A stretch of 63,231 nt of DNA, counting the filler, from Octopus bimaculoides (Eukaryota), in the NCBI RefSeq assembly GCF_001194135.2. It is 7 parts of 5 records of this genome, joined end to end, with 100 filler letters (N's around TTAATTAATTAA, not from the genome) between each part and the next. Parts side by side here need not be neighbours in the genome. Positions count along the whole stretch, not along the records: positions 1 to 31,533 come from NC_068983.1; 6 more parts are not named here. One strand, written 5' to 3'. The notes beneath the pieces are model-generated. The model ran no database searches. It was not told the origin of the DNA and saw only the letters and a program-made list of their open reading frames with translations. Below are positions 1 through 12,698 of the stretch, in pieces. How positions within the stretch are numbered: position 1 is the first letter of the stretch; every line of letters starts with the position of its first letter. Made by a program: the position numbers and the translations under genes.

Positions 1-152
1 ATATACGGAGCAAATAATTCACGAAAAAGTAATTTGTGTAGATATCATTGACGCTGTTATTATCTAGTGTAACAATTTGAAAATGATAATAACAGAATTA
101 ATAATATAGGCAATTGAAGGTCTCCAAAACGCATTAAATATCTGAAGGATTA

Positions 153-347
153 AAATTAATCAAAGCACATACTAAGTACGTCTATCTGCTGGAAATAACA
201 GGCAAAATTCTTATTTAAATCGCTAAAATACTTATTGAAATCTTATTTAAAATTTATTTATTATCAATGTATTTAGGTGATTTAAATAAGAGTTTTGACT
301 GTTATTTCCAGCAGGTAGACATAGTTAGTATGTCCTTTGATTAATTT
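153..347. mobile_element. Palindromic foldback/MITE-like element
   Basis: ~79-bp imperfect inverted arms 153-231 and 269-347 (core ctgctggaaataacagg / actgttatttccagcagg). Related half-sequences (tttgactgctattt..agca) at ~7920-7975 and ~8360-8425. Confidence 0.7.
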
Positions 348-751
348 GCTGACGTGTAAAAGGGTAATGATGACGGCTTTCATAATAATTATTAGAGCTT
401 GATTAAATATAAAAAAACAAATATCATAAAAGAAATTTTACTTGATGATCATTAGATTATAATAAAATTCTTATTGTCAGTGAATCATTAGAAAGTACAT
501 ACAACACACGACCAAATTATTACTCTATCAGATATAAAGAAATTCCACCAATGAAGCCTTTTGAATAATGCGACTTATTTAGAAACTACTGAGAACAAAA
601 GAGTTTGAAATATAAACAAAATAATTGAGGAAGCGAGTACATTCTTTTTAATGCTAAATTTACATTACTGTTCATATAGAAAGTTAAATAGAATGTGAAG
701 CTGATTATGGAGGACATTTGATTAAACAGTTAATTTGTTGCTATAATAATG

Positions 752-783
<32 letters not shown>

Positions 784-887
784 GATGCAGCTTTCAAATA
801 AAATAAAATACAAAATATTTTTTAATTAAATGCTCATTTTACTAGATTATAGAAGCGAACTGGAAGTTTAAAATTTCCAACAGTTTC

Positions 888-970
<83 letters not shown>

Positions 971-1067
971 CACACTCATACACACACATATGTAGTTGTT
1001 TAAGAATTCATAAGTCAGAAGAGAAAGGCATATTTGTCAATAGAGTGGGTATACTAATAGAACTATA

Positions 1068-1284
1068 CAGTATTATAGATCCGTTACAGCCTCTTTTACC
1101 CATCGGTTTCGCACCTAATATGAGGTAATCAGACGATTATGTAATAACTGCACCCATCGGAGATAGCAGTATCGAAAAAAAATGGCTATTTCTGACGAGC
1201 GCGGTTATTAGACAATCGTCTGATTACCCGGTATCAAGTGCGAAGCCGATTGGTACAAGAGACTGTAGTGGATGTATAATACTG
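1068..1284. mobile_element. Palindromic Tc1/mariner-type MITE
   Basis: TA|CAGTATTATA...TATAATACTG|TA termini (TA duplication at 1066-67 and 1285-86); arms pair at roughly 80% almost to a ~10-nt central loop. Confidence 0.8.
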
Positions 1285-1941
1285 TATACTTTGATATAAA
1301 ACTGAGTAACGGTACGATTTGTGTAACTTTCGTTTCTAATAATAAACCACACCACGCGTTGAGCTCATTCTTCCTCTTGTTTCTTATACAAAGTTGTGTG
1401 TGTTTGTGCATATATATTTATGTACATATGGATGTGTGTATGTGTGTATGTGTGTGTGTGTGTGTGAATGTTTAATAAATTGTGACGTGAACAAAATTTA
1501 AGCTCCCCCAATCATAGAAAATTTGTCAACATCAGTTGTTTGAATTTATAATTCTAATATATATATAATTATTTTGGTCATAGATATACCGATTGTATTG
1601 AAAGCAGACATTAACTTCTTTTCAAACATTATAATTCTTTGATGGTAGATGTAACAGATAAGGCAATCTTTTTTTGAAAAACTCTTTTATTAAATTATCT
1701 TATAACCCCCAAATATTATAGCTTTTTATAAATGTTATTATACGAAGAATTGTTTGCACAATCCTCCTCCTCCTCTCTCTCACACATGATCACACGCATC
1801 CACATACTCATGGACACAGATGCATCAGTGTGCATGTAGGTGTGTGTATGTATATTTTTCTGAACAATATGGCGGTGCCCCAGCATGGCCGCAGTCTGAC
1901 AGAAGCAAGTAAATGATAAAAAATGTATGTATATATGTGTA

Positions 1942-1972
<31 letters not shown>

Positions 1973-2218
1973 CATGCTTCTATTCATAATTACACACCAC
2001 AAACACACACACACACGCAAACACATGCACACACACACACATACACGTACACATACACATTTGCACACATATAAGCGCAGGCAAAGGTGAGTGGTTTAGA
2101 AGTTCGATTCACAATTACATAGTTCTGAATTCGATCTCGCAGGGAATGGAATTCGGAGAAAGTCAGCAGAATCCCGTCGTGGTCTCCCACTTCTTCCTCT
2201 CTTCTCTCTCTCTCTCCT

Positions 2219-2267
<49 letters not shown>

Positions 2268-2799
2268 NNNNNNNNNNNNNNNNNNNNNNNNNNNNNNNNN
2301 NNNNNNNNNNNNNNNNNNNNNNNNNNNNNNNNNNNNNNNNNNNNNNNNNNNNNNNNNNNNNNNNNNNNNNNNNNNNNNNNNNNNNNNNNNNNNNNNNNNN
2401 NNNNNNNNNNNNNNNNNNNNNNNNNNNNNNNNNNNNNNNNNNNNNNNNNNNNNNNNNNNNNNNNNNNNNNNNNNNNNNNNNNNNNNNNNNNNNNNNNNNN
2501 NNNNNNNNNNNNNNNNNNNNNNNNNNNNNNNNNNNNNNNNNNNNNNNNNNNNNNNNNNNNNNNNNNNNNNNNNNNNNNNNNNNNNNNNNNNNNNNNNNNN
2601 NNNNNNNNNNNNNNNNNNNNNNNNNNNNNNNNNNNNNNNNNNNNNNNNNNNNNNNNNNNNNNNNNNNNNNNNNNNNNNNNNNNNNNNNNNNNNNNNNNNN
2701 NNNNNNNNNNNNNNNNNNNNNNNNNNNNNNNNNNNNNNNNNNNNNNNNNNNNNNNNNNNNNNNNNNNNNNNNNNNNNNNNNNNNNNNNNNNNNNNNNNN

Positions 2800-2840
<41 letters not shown>

Positions 2841-2859
2841 GCTTAGGGTAATTTGCCTT

Positions 2860-3650
2860 TGGAAACAAGTAACCGGAAATGTTTTCTGTGGGACAAGCCC
2901 GTAGTCGTTCAGACTTCCACCGCTGGTAACTACTTGATGCAAACCTCAGGCATCATCCTGCCGACTAGTGCCGTCAGTTGAAGTCATACTGCCACGTGGT
3001 ACGTCTTTGTTTTGCAGTGCTTCTACCCTGTTCGTCGATTTTTGTGATGGCTGAAACAAAGGAACAGCGTGCTTCCGTGAAATTCTGCTTTCTGCTGGGG
3101 AAAACGGGGGGCAAAACAATTGTCATGCTTCAAACAGCTTACAAGAACGCTGCCACGAGCAAAACACAAGTTTAAGAGTAGTTTTCACGCTTTAGGAATG
3201 TTCGCTTGTCGGTTGAAGACCAATCTTGTTCAAGGCAACTGTCGACTTCCCGAACGAATGAAAACATCATGAAAATTCATGAACTGATGTTAGAGTCACC
3301 GAACAATTGACGTCGTCGAACAATTGACGACCTTGTTAATATGACTGATGTGTCATGGAGCTCCTGACAACGAATTTTTAGCGAGGAATTACGAATGAAA
3401 AGAGTTGCAGTAAAAGCTGTTCCACGTTTGATCACAGAAGATCAAAAGCAGTCACGACTGCATGCGTGTCGTGCACTGAAAGAACAGTTGGGAATTGAAC
3501 TGGACCTTTTTTCGAAGGTCATCACTGGTGACGAAAGCTAGTGCTACAACTACAATCCGGAAACGAAACAGCAATCAAGTCAATGGAAGCATTCAATATC
3601 ACTACGCCCCACCAAAATCACGCAAATTGAAGTCCAAAGAAGTACATTTG
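2860..3650 (+). mobile_element. Mariner transposase fossil (5' half)
   Basis: From ATG 3047: MAETKEQRASVKFCFLLGKT...KTQV*EWFSRF (HTH), RMKRVAVKAVPRL (WVP-like motif), VITGDES*CYNYNPETKQQSSQW (first catalytic D); stops and frameshifts. Confidence 0.9.
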
Positions 3651-4142
3651 TTGGAAAGAAGATTGCCAAGATATAGAAAGTGATCAAGTTATTTAAATGA
3701 CGTATTAAAGATGGCAATATTGAAATCAAGTTACTTGACCTTCAGAACATGTTGAGTGAGGACTTGATAGTTTATGTGAAGCTAAAATAATCAAGTGCCC
3801 TAGCAAAGTTGTTGACTGATTTATGGAGTTCCTTATGCATTTAACCAAGAGTAGACTTGTCATCTACATATTGATACCCTGAGATGTGTTGGGTGTTGGT
3901 AAGATGATGAGATGAACATTTGATTATGTTAAATAATCCATGAGTAAAGCAATATCTGATGTCCATGAATAAATAGTCCATGAGTAAAGCAATATCTGAA
4001 TAGCTGGACTATTCGGAGAGAAGACAGACGTCTTCCCTGACAGGTCGGAAGTATTGCTAATTTATTAGTTAGGTGAGATCGGCCACTATACGATGAGAGC
4101 ATATTTTTGCTGTCTCTTTTGTTTTAAATATTTCTTAAAACT

Positions 4143-4338
4143 TTTAGCACACGGTCACCAATTTTCAGGAGAACGGAGTCGATTACATCGACCCAATGCT
4201 TATCTGGTATTTGTTTTATCGAACACGAAAGGATAAAAGTTTACCTCGGCGGCATTTGAACTGAGAATGTAAAGAACCGGAAGTAATGCCGCTAAGCATT
4301 TTTCCGGTGCAATAACGATTCTGTCAACCCGCCGCCCT
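4143..4338 (-). mobile_element. tRNA-headed SINE, family B
   Basis: Matches the recurrent ctggcagaatcgttagc...gttctgagttcaaatt ccgccgagg...cctttcatcc...ggccttgtgc consensus seen more than 12 times in the window; B-box-like GTTCAAATTCC. Confidence 0.8.
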
Positions 4339-4485
4339 AGCATTTTAAAATTTCACAAGGCAGCTTGTCTTGAACTCAACAGACTTTATTATCCACAAAT
4401 CTCTTTACACACACACACCGATGAGAGTAATTATTAGTTCGACGTCCAGCGTGAGGAAAGAAAATAGAAGTGTATTTGTATGTGC

Positions 4486-4556
<71 letters not shown>

Positions 4557-4698
4557 GGGCAAGCGAGTACGTATACAGGCCGAGCTACATACTGAAAGAA
4601 GACGCCAAATGTCTCTAAACTACCTTAAAATATCACAATAAACAGGCGCTGAACTCGGGTAAATAAACGAAAAAGATTCATGAAATGAAATACGTTCA

Positions 4699-4758
4699 AT
4701 TACGTATCAATTGATTTCCGGATTAAGGGGAAACCCCCTTTTCCATCATCAGTGTAAT
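4699..4758 (-). ncRNA. Degenerate type I hammerhead ribozyme-like motif
   Basis: Minus strand: ATTACA-CTGATGA-TGGA(aaAGGGGgtttCCCCTTaa)TCCG-GAAA-TCAATTGA-TA^CGTAAT. Core intact, palindromic stem III, stem I has a closing mismatch. Confidence 0.55.
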
Positions 4759-5159
4759 ACAACCCGATAAACATAAACACGAACAACTGTACATACCCCG
4801 TAAACACAACGGCTTCATAGCGCAAACACAACTACTTGTATTTATATACACATTAAAATTCAAATCCCAAGTTCGTTTATTTTCGGCCACGTGAGAATAA
4901 CCAAATAATTCAGCAGTGAATAATTTTGGTTTTGGTGAAATTATATTTTTAATATATTTTAAAATTGAGGATAAGACCTATATATGATGTTATCAGGTAG
5001 TAAATCGGTTAAGGTTAAATTAATAAATTCGTAAATTTATATTCATGGCATTACTAGTGGAAGTGTATTTCACTGGTTAAATGCTATATAGAGCGTGTCT
5101 TGTAGTTGTTTATATACACATATATATCGAAGTGAAACACTGTTTCGACTATTCTTAGA

Positions 5160-5190
<31 letters not shown>

Positions 5191-5191
5191 T

Positions 5192-5352
5192 AAAACAATT
5201 TGATTCGGCTCCATGCGACTTCAAGTTTTGTGGGCTTCTAACAGAAACCAGGCTCATTCTGGCTCAGATTACAGGCAATCTGAGCCTGAACGAGTTGGGT
5301 TTCTAGAAGCCAGCGGAACTTTAAGTCGTATGAAGCCGAATCAAACTGTCTG
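5192..5352. repeat. ~160-bp foldback palindrome between inverted (TTA)n/(TAA)n tracts
   Basis: GGCTCAGATT-acaggc-AATCTGAGCC centre; arms aacaatttgattcggctccatgcgactt / aagtcgtatgaagccgaatcaaactgt. Confidence 0.8.
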
Positions 5353-5600
5353 AAATAATAATAATAGTAATGATGATGATAATAATAGTAATACATGTGT
5401 GTGTGTGTGTGTGTTTCTGTCTATGTGTCTGTGTATTTGTGTGNNNNNNNNNNNNNNNNNNNNNNNNNNNNNNNNNNNNNNNNNNNNNNNNNNNNNNNNN
5501 NNNNNNNNNNNNNNNNNNNNNNNNNNNNNNNNNNNNNNNNNNNNNNNNNNNNNNNNNNNNNNNNNNNNNNTATATATATATGTTATTAAAGTGAAAATTA

Positions 5601-5652
<52 letters not shown>

Positions 5653-6269
5653 CCCCATGTTATCCGCTACAACATATAAGTCTAGACATGCTTCCAGTGA
5701 TGTATGGACAAGTTGTAATTACTTCTACACGAATGAAGTTGACGTATTACTTTCTCACTTTTAAGTTCTGATGTCAAATTTTATTCTTGGGTACATAATT
5801 TGTTATTATTATTGTTAGATTATAGCACCTGTTGAACTGATTAATGCATATATTTACGAATCAAAGTTTCAAAACTCTGGGTCACTTATCAAACTAGATA
5901 TAAACATTCTCTAGTTTGTCGTTTTATTTGTGTAACATTTCTTTGGTTTCTCATGTTGAATATTAAGTTTTAAGTTGGTGGACTGGTCGAATCATGAAAG
6001 TATTGGACAAATTAATTTACACTATTTAATTACGAAATTCAAATTTCTCCAGATTTCGAATCAGTCTTACATCCTTTTGGTGTCTATAAAAATTCCACGA
6101 TCTCTTTCTCTGTGTCCAGATGAGCAAATCCTTTTTAAATGATCTGTTTCTCTTACAGGCTTCATTGTAGAGGGGTATAATGGTATCGTAGTCTTTATGC
6201 TTATTTTTTTCTGTTTTTAATTGGGTTAAGCCATCCTCTGTGGACGGAGCTGGTTTCTAACAAAGCTAC

Positions 6270-6720
6270 AAAGCTCCGTCATTGGAATCTAGATACCAAA
6301 AGTATATTAACATTTTAAACTTGAGAGAAGTTTTGCATATTTCTACTGTTCCGCTTACAGATTGTATTTGTAACGTGCGAGCCTATTGGTTGATTTCTTT
6401 TTCTAAAACCTTCGCCTATCTAGATTGTCATTTAGGCATATACTCACAAAACCAAGTGTACCAAATATTTTGGTATAAATGTGAATTTATAATCTGGATA
6501 GAGAAGCTGGTGATTTCGGAGCAGTTGTCCCTAGTTATCATATTTCTCTCTGATTTTCAAAGAAATATACTTACTTTTTCTTGACTGTTCCAAACAACAA
6601 TATCCGGCCTGTTATGTTTACACTTGACAGAAGCGTTGATGGAAATGTTCCAGCAGTATTCTTTGTGTTGAGATTTCTTTATGAATTCAATAACAGGGGG
6701 ATTCTCTTTATTTGTATGTA
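6270..6720 (-). mobile_element. RLE-type (R4/R2 superfamily) LINE 3' fragment
   Basis: Minus translation with frameshifts: KEYCWNISINASVKCKHN/RPDIVVWNSQEK (PD motif of restriction-like endonuclease), QLLYPDYKFTFIP, TLQIQSVSGTVEICKTSLKF. A 9-bp stem GACGGAGCT/AGCTCCGTC lies at 6243-6280. Confidence 0.72.
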
Positions 6721-8246
6721 TGTACGCTAGTGCGCTTTACTATATTACTAAATCGTTAGGGAAAAAAACTTGTGAACATGTGATTTTAGAGAAAGGATAA
6801 GTTTTGAGAGCGTATTCTGCTAACCCAATAAGTAAGTGGTCGAACAATCATATAGTTCAGAATATGATTCTATAGAGTTGCTGCTGTGTGATTCTTTGTG
6901 CTGAAGCCATGCTCTTAAGTTAGATATAAGTTCTTTCTTTGCAGTTGAAATTTAAGGACTAGAACAGGAAGGAAAATAAACATCAGTACATTTATTTGAA
7001 ATACTTTAATAGATAAGAAAATAAATCCTGTGGGAATAACTGGACACATGAGAATCTGTAAATATTTGAATTAAATAAAGTGATAGTCTAAAATGTCTCG
7101 CTGCGTGATTATTTCGTTGGAAAATATTTGTTTTACACTTCGTCCACCAGAAAGAAGTAAAAAAATTCTTAAATTTAAAACTTTAACATTGGTTATTTTT
7201 CTTTCTGCACAAAAAGGAAAAAAATACAAGACAAAAAGTTTATAGAAAATGTGAGAGCTGTTTTATGGTAAAAGTGTTTTACTGGAAGAGATTCCTGTAA
7301 TGCATTTTGTTATTGAGACTTCATTGAAGACCTATTTTCATGTGTATCTAAGACAAGTCAATTAAGGCATGGTTTAAGCTCAACACTACAAAATTATACA
7401 GTACCATTACTGCTTACAATAATCTGTTGTTATTGGGTCAGGCCATCCTTGAGCTAGGAGATATACCCTGAGCAATTAAACCTACGATCAATGGTACCCC
7501 AGCTCCAATCATCTCATCTTATTTTCAAGCACAGTATATATGTGAGAATGCATTATATAATCAACCTTTCCTTTTTTTTAAGATAGCACCAGGGTGTCAT
7601 TTGAAAGAGATTTGCCAGCTGTTTCTGTCTGATCCTAGAAGCTCCCCGACGGTTCGAATTGTACATTTTATCCCTGATTGGTGGGACTAGATCATCGAAG
7701 TGCCACGATATATAACGATTATGGTATCTAAACAGATACGAAGGTTACTGATGGAACACTCGTAATCATAGCCTGTTTTATTTGGGCTGTTTTGTAATCA
7801 AGCAGCAGCAGCAGCAGCAGCAGCAATAACAATATTTAGTTAATGAGTGTTAATTTATTGACTGGTGAATAAATGTATAGTTGAATAAATGTATAGTTGA
7901 NNNNNNNNNNTGCTTTATGAACATTTATTGTGTTTTAGAGTCAATCTTTGACTGCTATTTTCAGCATAACGGTATCTCATAGATACTCTAAATTATAATT
8001 TTATATAATTATTACCTTTGATGGTTTTTATTCTTATGCTGGCCACTTGATAAAATCGATATTTAAATATCGATCTTATCCTTATTTATATAAATTCATA
8101 TATTTATTTCGTCATTATATTTACTGCTGTGATATTCTGACCATATCGCACGAGGAGTTTTTAGGTGGGCAATTCAAACTGTTCGTGTGCACATCGTATG
8201 TTGTATATATATATATATCTTTGTATTTATGTGCTTTTCTGAGTAT

Positions 8247-8304
8247 ATTCCACTGATGAGGCAAAGCATTTCTTATGCAGAGCCAGAAATCTGGGATCTG
8301 GAAT
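8247..8304 (+). ncRNA. Type I hammerhead ribozyme-like motif
   Basis: ATTCCA-CTGATGA-GGC(aaaGCATttcttATGCaga)GCC-a-GAAA-T(ctggg)A-TC^TGGAAT: perfect 6-bp stem I, AUC cleavage triplet, one extra A before GAAA. Confidence 0.6.
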
Positions 8305-8452
8305 TATCCAGTAATCTTTGCTACTTTATTTTGTCTCTTCGTGTTCTCTCCTGGTGCTATATGAACATTTATTGTGGTTTTAGAGTCGAGCTTTGACTGC
8401 TATTTCAAGCATGGTGGTATCCCTTAGATATCCTGAATTATAATTTATATAT

Positions 8453-8880
8453 GAGTGGCTGTGTGGTAAGTAGCTTGCTTACCATCCACATGGTTCCGGG
8501 TTCAGTCCCACTGCGTGGCACCTTGGGCAAGTGTCTTCTACCATAGCCTCGGGCCGACCAAAGCCTTGTGAGTGGATTTGGTAGACGGAAACTGAAAGAA
8601 GCCTGTCGTATATATGTATGTATATAAATATATGTATGTGTGTATATGTTGTGTGTTTGTGTTTGTCCCCCCAACATCGCTTGACAACCAATGGTGGTGT
8701 GTTTACGTCTCCGTAACTTAACGGTTCGGCAAAAAGAGATCGATAGAATAAGTACTAGGCATCCAAAGAATAAGTCCTGGGGTCGATTTACTCGACTAAA
8801 GGCGGTGCTCCAGCATGGCCACAGTCAAATGACTGAAACAAGTAAAAGAGTAAGGAGTAAAAGAGTAAGGAGTAAAAGAG

Positions 8881-8883
<3 letters not shown>
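8453..8883 (+). mobile_element. tRNA-headed SINE, family A, full length
   Basis: A box TGGCTGTGTGG, B box GGTTCAGTCCC, internal (TA/TG)n, 3' tail of agtaaaagag repeats; near-identical to the copy at 34549. Confidence 0.9.
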
Positions 8884-8918
<35 letters not shown>

Positions 8919-9672
8919 CAGGACTTGATAATATTTGCGACAAATCTAGGAATCGAAATTGGCGGTCGAAATATCATAAATGATAAGTATTGGCTAGTTT
9001 GCTTTCATGCAGAATATCAGATAACGTACACGTTTGTCCTTACTCGGCAACATTTCAAAGCATACACCCTCGCACTCACTAAAACATGACTACAACTTAC
9101 ATGCACAAGGAATTCAATTTACTGGAATATATTACTTTCATGTCGCTGTAATCCAGGCTTTGTTCTGAACCATCAGATTTTGATCTTCCTTCCAAACGAA
9201 CAATTAGCTTGCTTGTCAAAATAAGAAATGAATTTAGTAGCAACAGAATTGATATTTATACAAAGTAATAAACGATGCAGGATTCTTAAGTTGACTTTTA
9301 TTGTGGCCAAAGGAAGAATCGCGTAATCTAAGTAGTATGCTATAATGCTCATGCATAAACTCTTATTTCATGTATGTTCGGTAGCACCGGGAAAATATCG
9401 CGAAATTAAAAGCGTGTTAGTTATAATTTTTCGATCTATATTACTTTAAATATGTTAAATGTGTACATCATACAAATATATGACAGGATGATGTATTGCC
9501 ATAAAATCCTATGTATAATATGCGACCTTATGTAAATCGCATCTCCACTTTTGGACTTAAATATTTTAAAAAGTTGTTATAATACCCTGCATAACACATA
9601 ATGTACAACAACTACAAGGGGAGATAATCTAGTATAATTCAATATATTTTTTGATATTTCATTTTATATATA

Positions 9673-10067
9673 AGGACAACAAGCTGGCAGAATCATTACT
9701 GCGCCGCACAAAATGGTTAGCCGCATTTTTCCGGCCCTTGAGCACTAGGATCAATGTAATCGACTTCATCCTACTCACAATATTACAGGTCTTATGTAAA
9801 AATAAAGAAATATTTCTTTTTATATAAAGTAAACTGATATGTAATGAAAAATTAATGTAAAAATGTAATAAAGCTTTATCAAATCGTATTGGGGAGGGGA
9901 TGAGTCGATTACGTCCACCCCTGTGTTCGACTGGTATTTATTTTATCAACCACGAAAGGATGAAAGGTAAAGTCGACTTCGGCGGAATTTGAACTCAGAA
10001 CTTCGCGACGAGCGAAATACCACTAAGCATTTCGTTCAGCGCACTAACGATTCTGCCAGCTCACCGC
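9673..10067. mobile_element. Two family B SINEs in convergent orientation (+ ~9673-9800, internally deleted; - ~9890-10067)
   Basis: Both match the family B consensus. Confidence 0.75.
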
Positions 10068-10645
10068 TTTATTAATGATAATAATGACGACGACGAGAAA
10101 AATATACTTCTAAGGGTGGCCGAAATTTAGTTTGTCCTCGGTGCTGAGAAATCTGATGTTGATCATCCAAAGCATTATTAGTTTTAATGAAAGTAAAACA
10201 AGACATATAGCATTGTTATTAGTTTTCCGATCAAGATAAATAACCTAAGAGAGAGAAAGAGGCAGAGAGAAGGAGAGAGAAAGAATGAAATAGATAGATA
10301 GATAGGTAAGGAAAGGCTGGGGAAAGAAAACAAAATATACAACTATACAACTAAACAAAAGAAAACACAACTTCCGTGTCCACTTCGACATAAAAACATC
10401 GACAAAAGATAAAAGACGGAAATATAAACAAATGCCAGGAAGGAAGACTAAATGATTACCTCTATATTAAACTTTAAAAGAATTACTACGAAATATTATA
10501 TGCCACTTGTTGTAAAGACACCGACTCTTTGAACTATGAAAAGTAAACATGGCTACCACTCAATCTTACTCTGTTTTCCTCTTGTATATGTGAGTATATG
10601 TGTGTTTGCGTGCGTTTCGATGTGGGTATACACACACACGTACAC

Positions 10646-10681
<36 letters not shown>

Positions 10682-10903
10682 TGAAGCAAATGTTTGCTGA
10701 TCCCTTAATTATGTTTATAAATGTATATGAACTTTTAAATAAGTTCTCCACCGATAATGGTGTTTACATACCGAAGGGCTTGGTAAAAATTATTAATTGT
10801 TGATTTATTAATAAATTAATAAATTGATAAACCTTTACCCTTTTAATTTGTATATATATATATATATATTTACATATATGTACATATATGGCTACACATG
10901 TGC

Positions 10904-10944
<41 letters not shown>

Positions 10945-11168
10945 GATCCATGAACAATAAAAGAAAAATAGGGGCAATAAAAGAAAAGAGGGGAAGTCAA
11001 GTCAATTGGACGTATATTAAATTAACGCCCAGTGAAAGTGTTTGATCAGAGATTAGGAGTAGGAATGACGTTTTGAGCATGGCTCTTCGTTGCACAGAGC
11101 AAAAAGTCCAGAGAAAGAAAAGGACGAAGGAACCAGTAGTCCGTAGAAAAGCACGTGTATTTGCATCA

Positions 11169-11720
11169 ACAGGGGAATAAAAAATTATCCTCACTTTCGC
11201 CAGCTCTTCATTTAGGTTGATTGCACTGCCTTCTCTGCTCACGTGCTAACAGATGGTACTCTTGTGGTTCTATAGATAGTTTGACCTTTCTTGTGTTACA
11301 GAGTAAAACATGGCCACCCCGCTCGCATTGTGCACCAATAAGAACAACAGGGATCAGTGATTCGATCTCTCTAGTCTGAAGGTCTGTGTCAGGGGCTGTA
11401 ATTGATCGCGGGTATTCAGTACAATACGGGGCCTGCAACACAGAAGTGTGTATGAGTGGATCGAAAAGTTTTAAAATGGTAAGACAAGCGTGAAGCACGA
11501 AGAGGAGTTTAAAAATGGTCAGATAAGTGTGAAGCACAACTGACGTGATTACTCAACAAGCTCGAGAAATGGCTCAGGTGAACCGACAAGTGACCATCTA
11601 AGAAGTGGTATGTTCTCTGCAAATTAGCTATGGTTCTACATACGAAATCATCCACAATAAGCTTCGCTTCCATAATGTCTGTGTAGATGGGTACCAAGAA
11701 ATCTTACTGAAACGCATTGT
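11169..11720 (+). mobile_element. Mariner 5' fragment (TIR remnant + HTH + WVP motif)
   Basis: TIR-like acaggggaataaaaaattatcc; ATG 11310 MATPLALCTNK...RSVYEWIEKF.NGKTSVKHEE...QISYGSTYEIIHNKLRFHNVC/RWVPRNLTETH. Confidence 0.88.
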
Positions 11721-11734
11721 AATCCCATGATTGT

Positions 11735-12080
11735 AACCCCTCCGATTGTAATCCCATGGATTACTAATGCATGAGGCACTTTTGAGAAAGACACTAACCG
11801 ATCTGCTTGCATCACAAAGGCCGAGCTGGTGGCCAAGAACAAACAGTTCTTTGAAGATCTTCCCAGGAACACGGAGAAGAAACCATGCACCATGTTCCCG
11901 AGCCGTTTTGAGGCCGTAGTGGAAGCTGAGGGTGGCTACATTGAGTAAACTGTTATCTCTTACCCATAACCTAGTTGATATTTTTTGATATTTTTTGAAA
12001 TAATAATTTTTTTGGATGGAATAACGTGTTTGCTTTCCTTTTCTTTGTATGCAAACTGTCAAGTTGAGACCGAACACCTG
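11735..12080 (+). mobile_element. Tc1/maT(DD37D)-like transposon 3' end
   Basis: PDCNPMDY...EKDTNRSACITKAELVAKNKQFFEDLP...SRFEAVVEAEGGYIE* (stop ~11948); ends ttgagaccgaacacctg (reverse CAGGTGTTCGG, maT-like TIR). Confidence 0.8.
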
Positions 12081-12483
12081 TGTGTGTGTGTGTGTGTGTG
12101 CGCGCGTGGAAGCGCACCGGGCATCTGTGTATGTGCGCGCGTGTTTACACGTGCACAAGTATATATATTACACAAAAGTAATTATATTACAAGCTTCGTC
12201 AATTGAAGAAGGTAAGCATGTCGCTGTGTACCGGTTTTACATTTATGATCTTTGAACTGTATCAGGTGGATTAATTAAATTTGGTGGGTGACATGGCCGG
12301 ATGTAGGGAGCGTAGAACTTATAGTGATGATAGTCTAGAGATAACGACGATAGTATGGTGAGATGAGGATGATGATGATGATAGTTATGATCCTGATGGT
12401 GACAGTGTTGACTGATGACGATAATAATTTTGAGTAGGGGTCTGTGGATAATAATTTTCGTTTTAAATAATGACTTTGGTATG

Positions 12484-12515
<32 letters not shown>

Positions 12516-12698
12516 TGCTTCTTTATTATGTTCGCGAAACATACTACACAATAATCGTTAAATAGGGGACTTACAAAGACGTGAAAAGTAATAAATTAGA
12601 GGGTGCATGAAAGACGAGTTTAACCACCCGGTCTAGGAATTGAAACTAAGATCTCACGATCGTGAGTGTAACTTCCTAACCAATAAGCTTTAAAATAA

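Noticed and set aside
2146-2942. Long ORFs spanning N runs (also 13778-14863, 29402-30411, 36574-38176, 48799-49585 and others)
   Set aside because: Open only because N gives no stops; flanks are (TA)n/(CA)n/(GA)n microsatellites.
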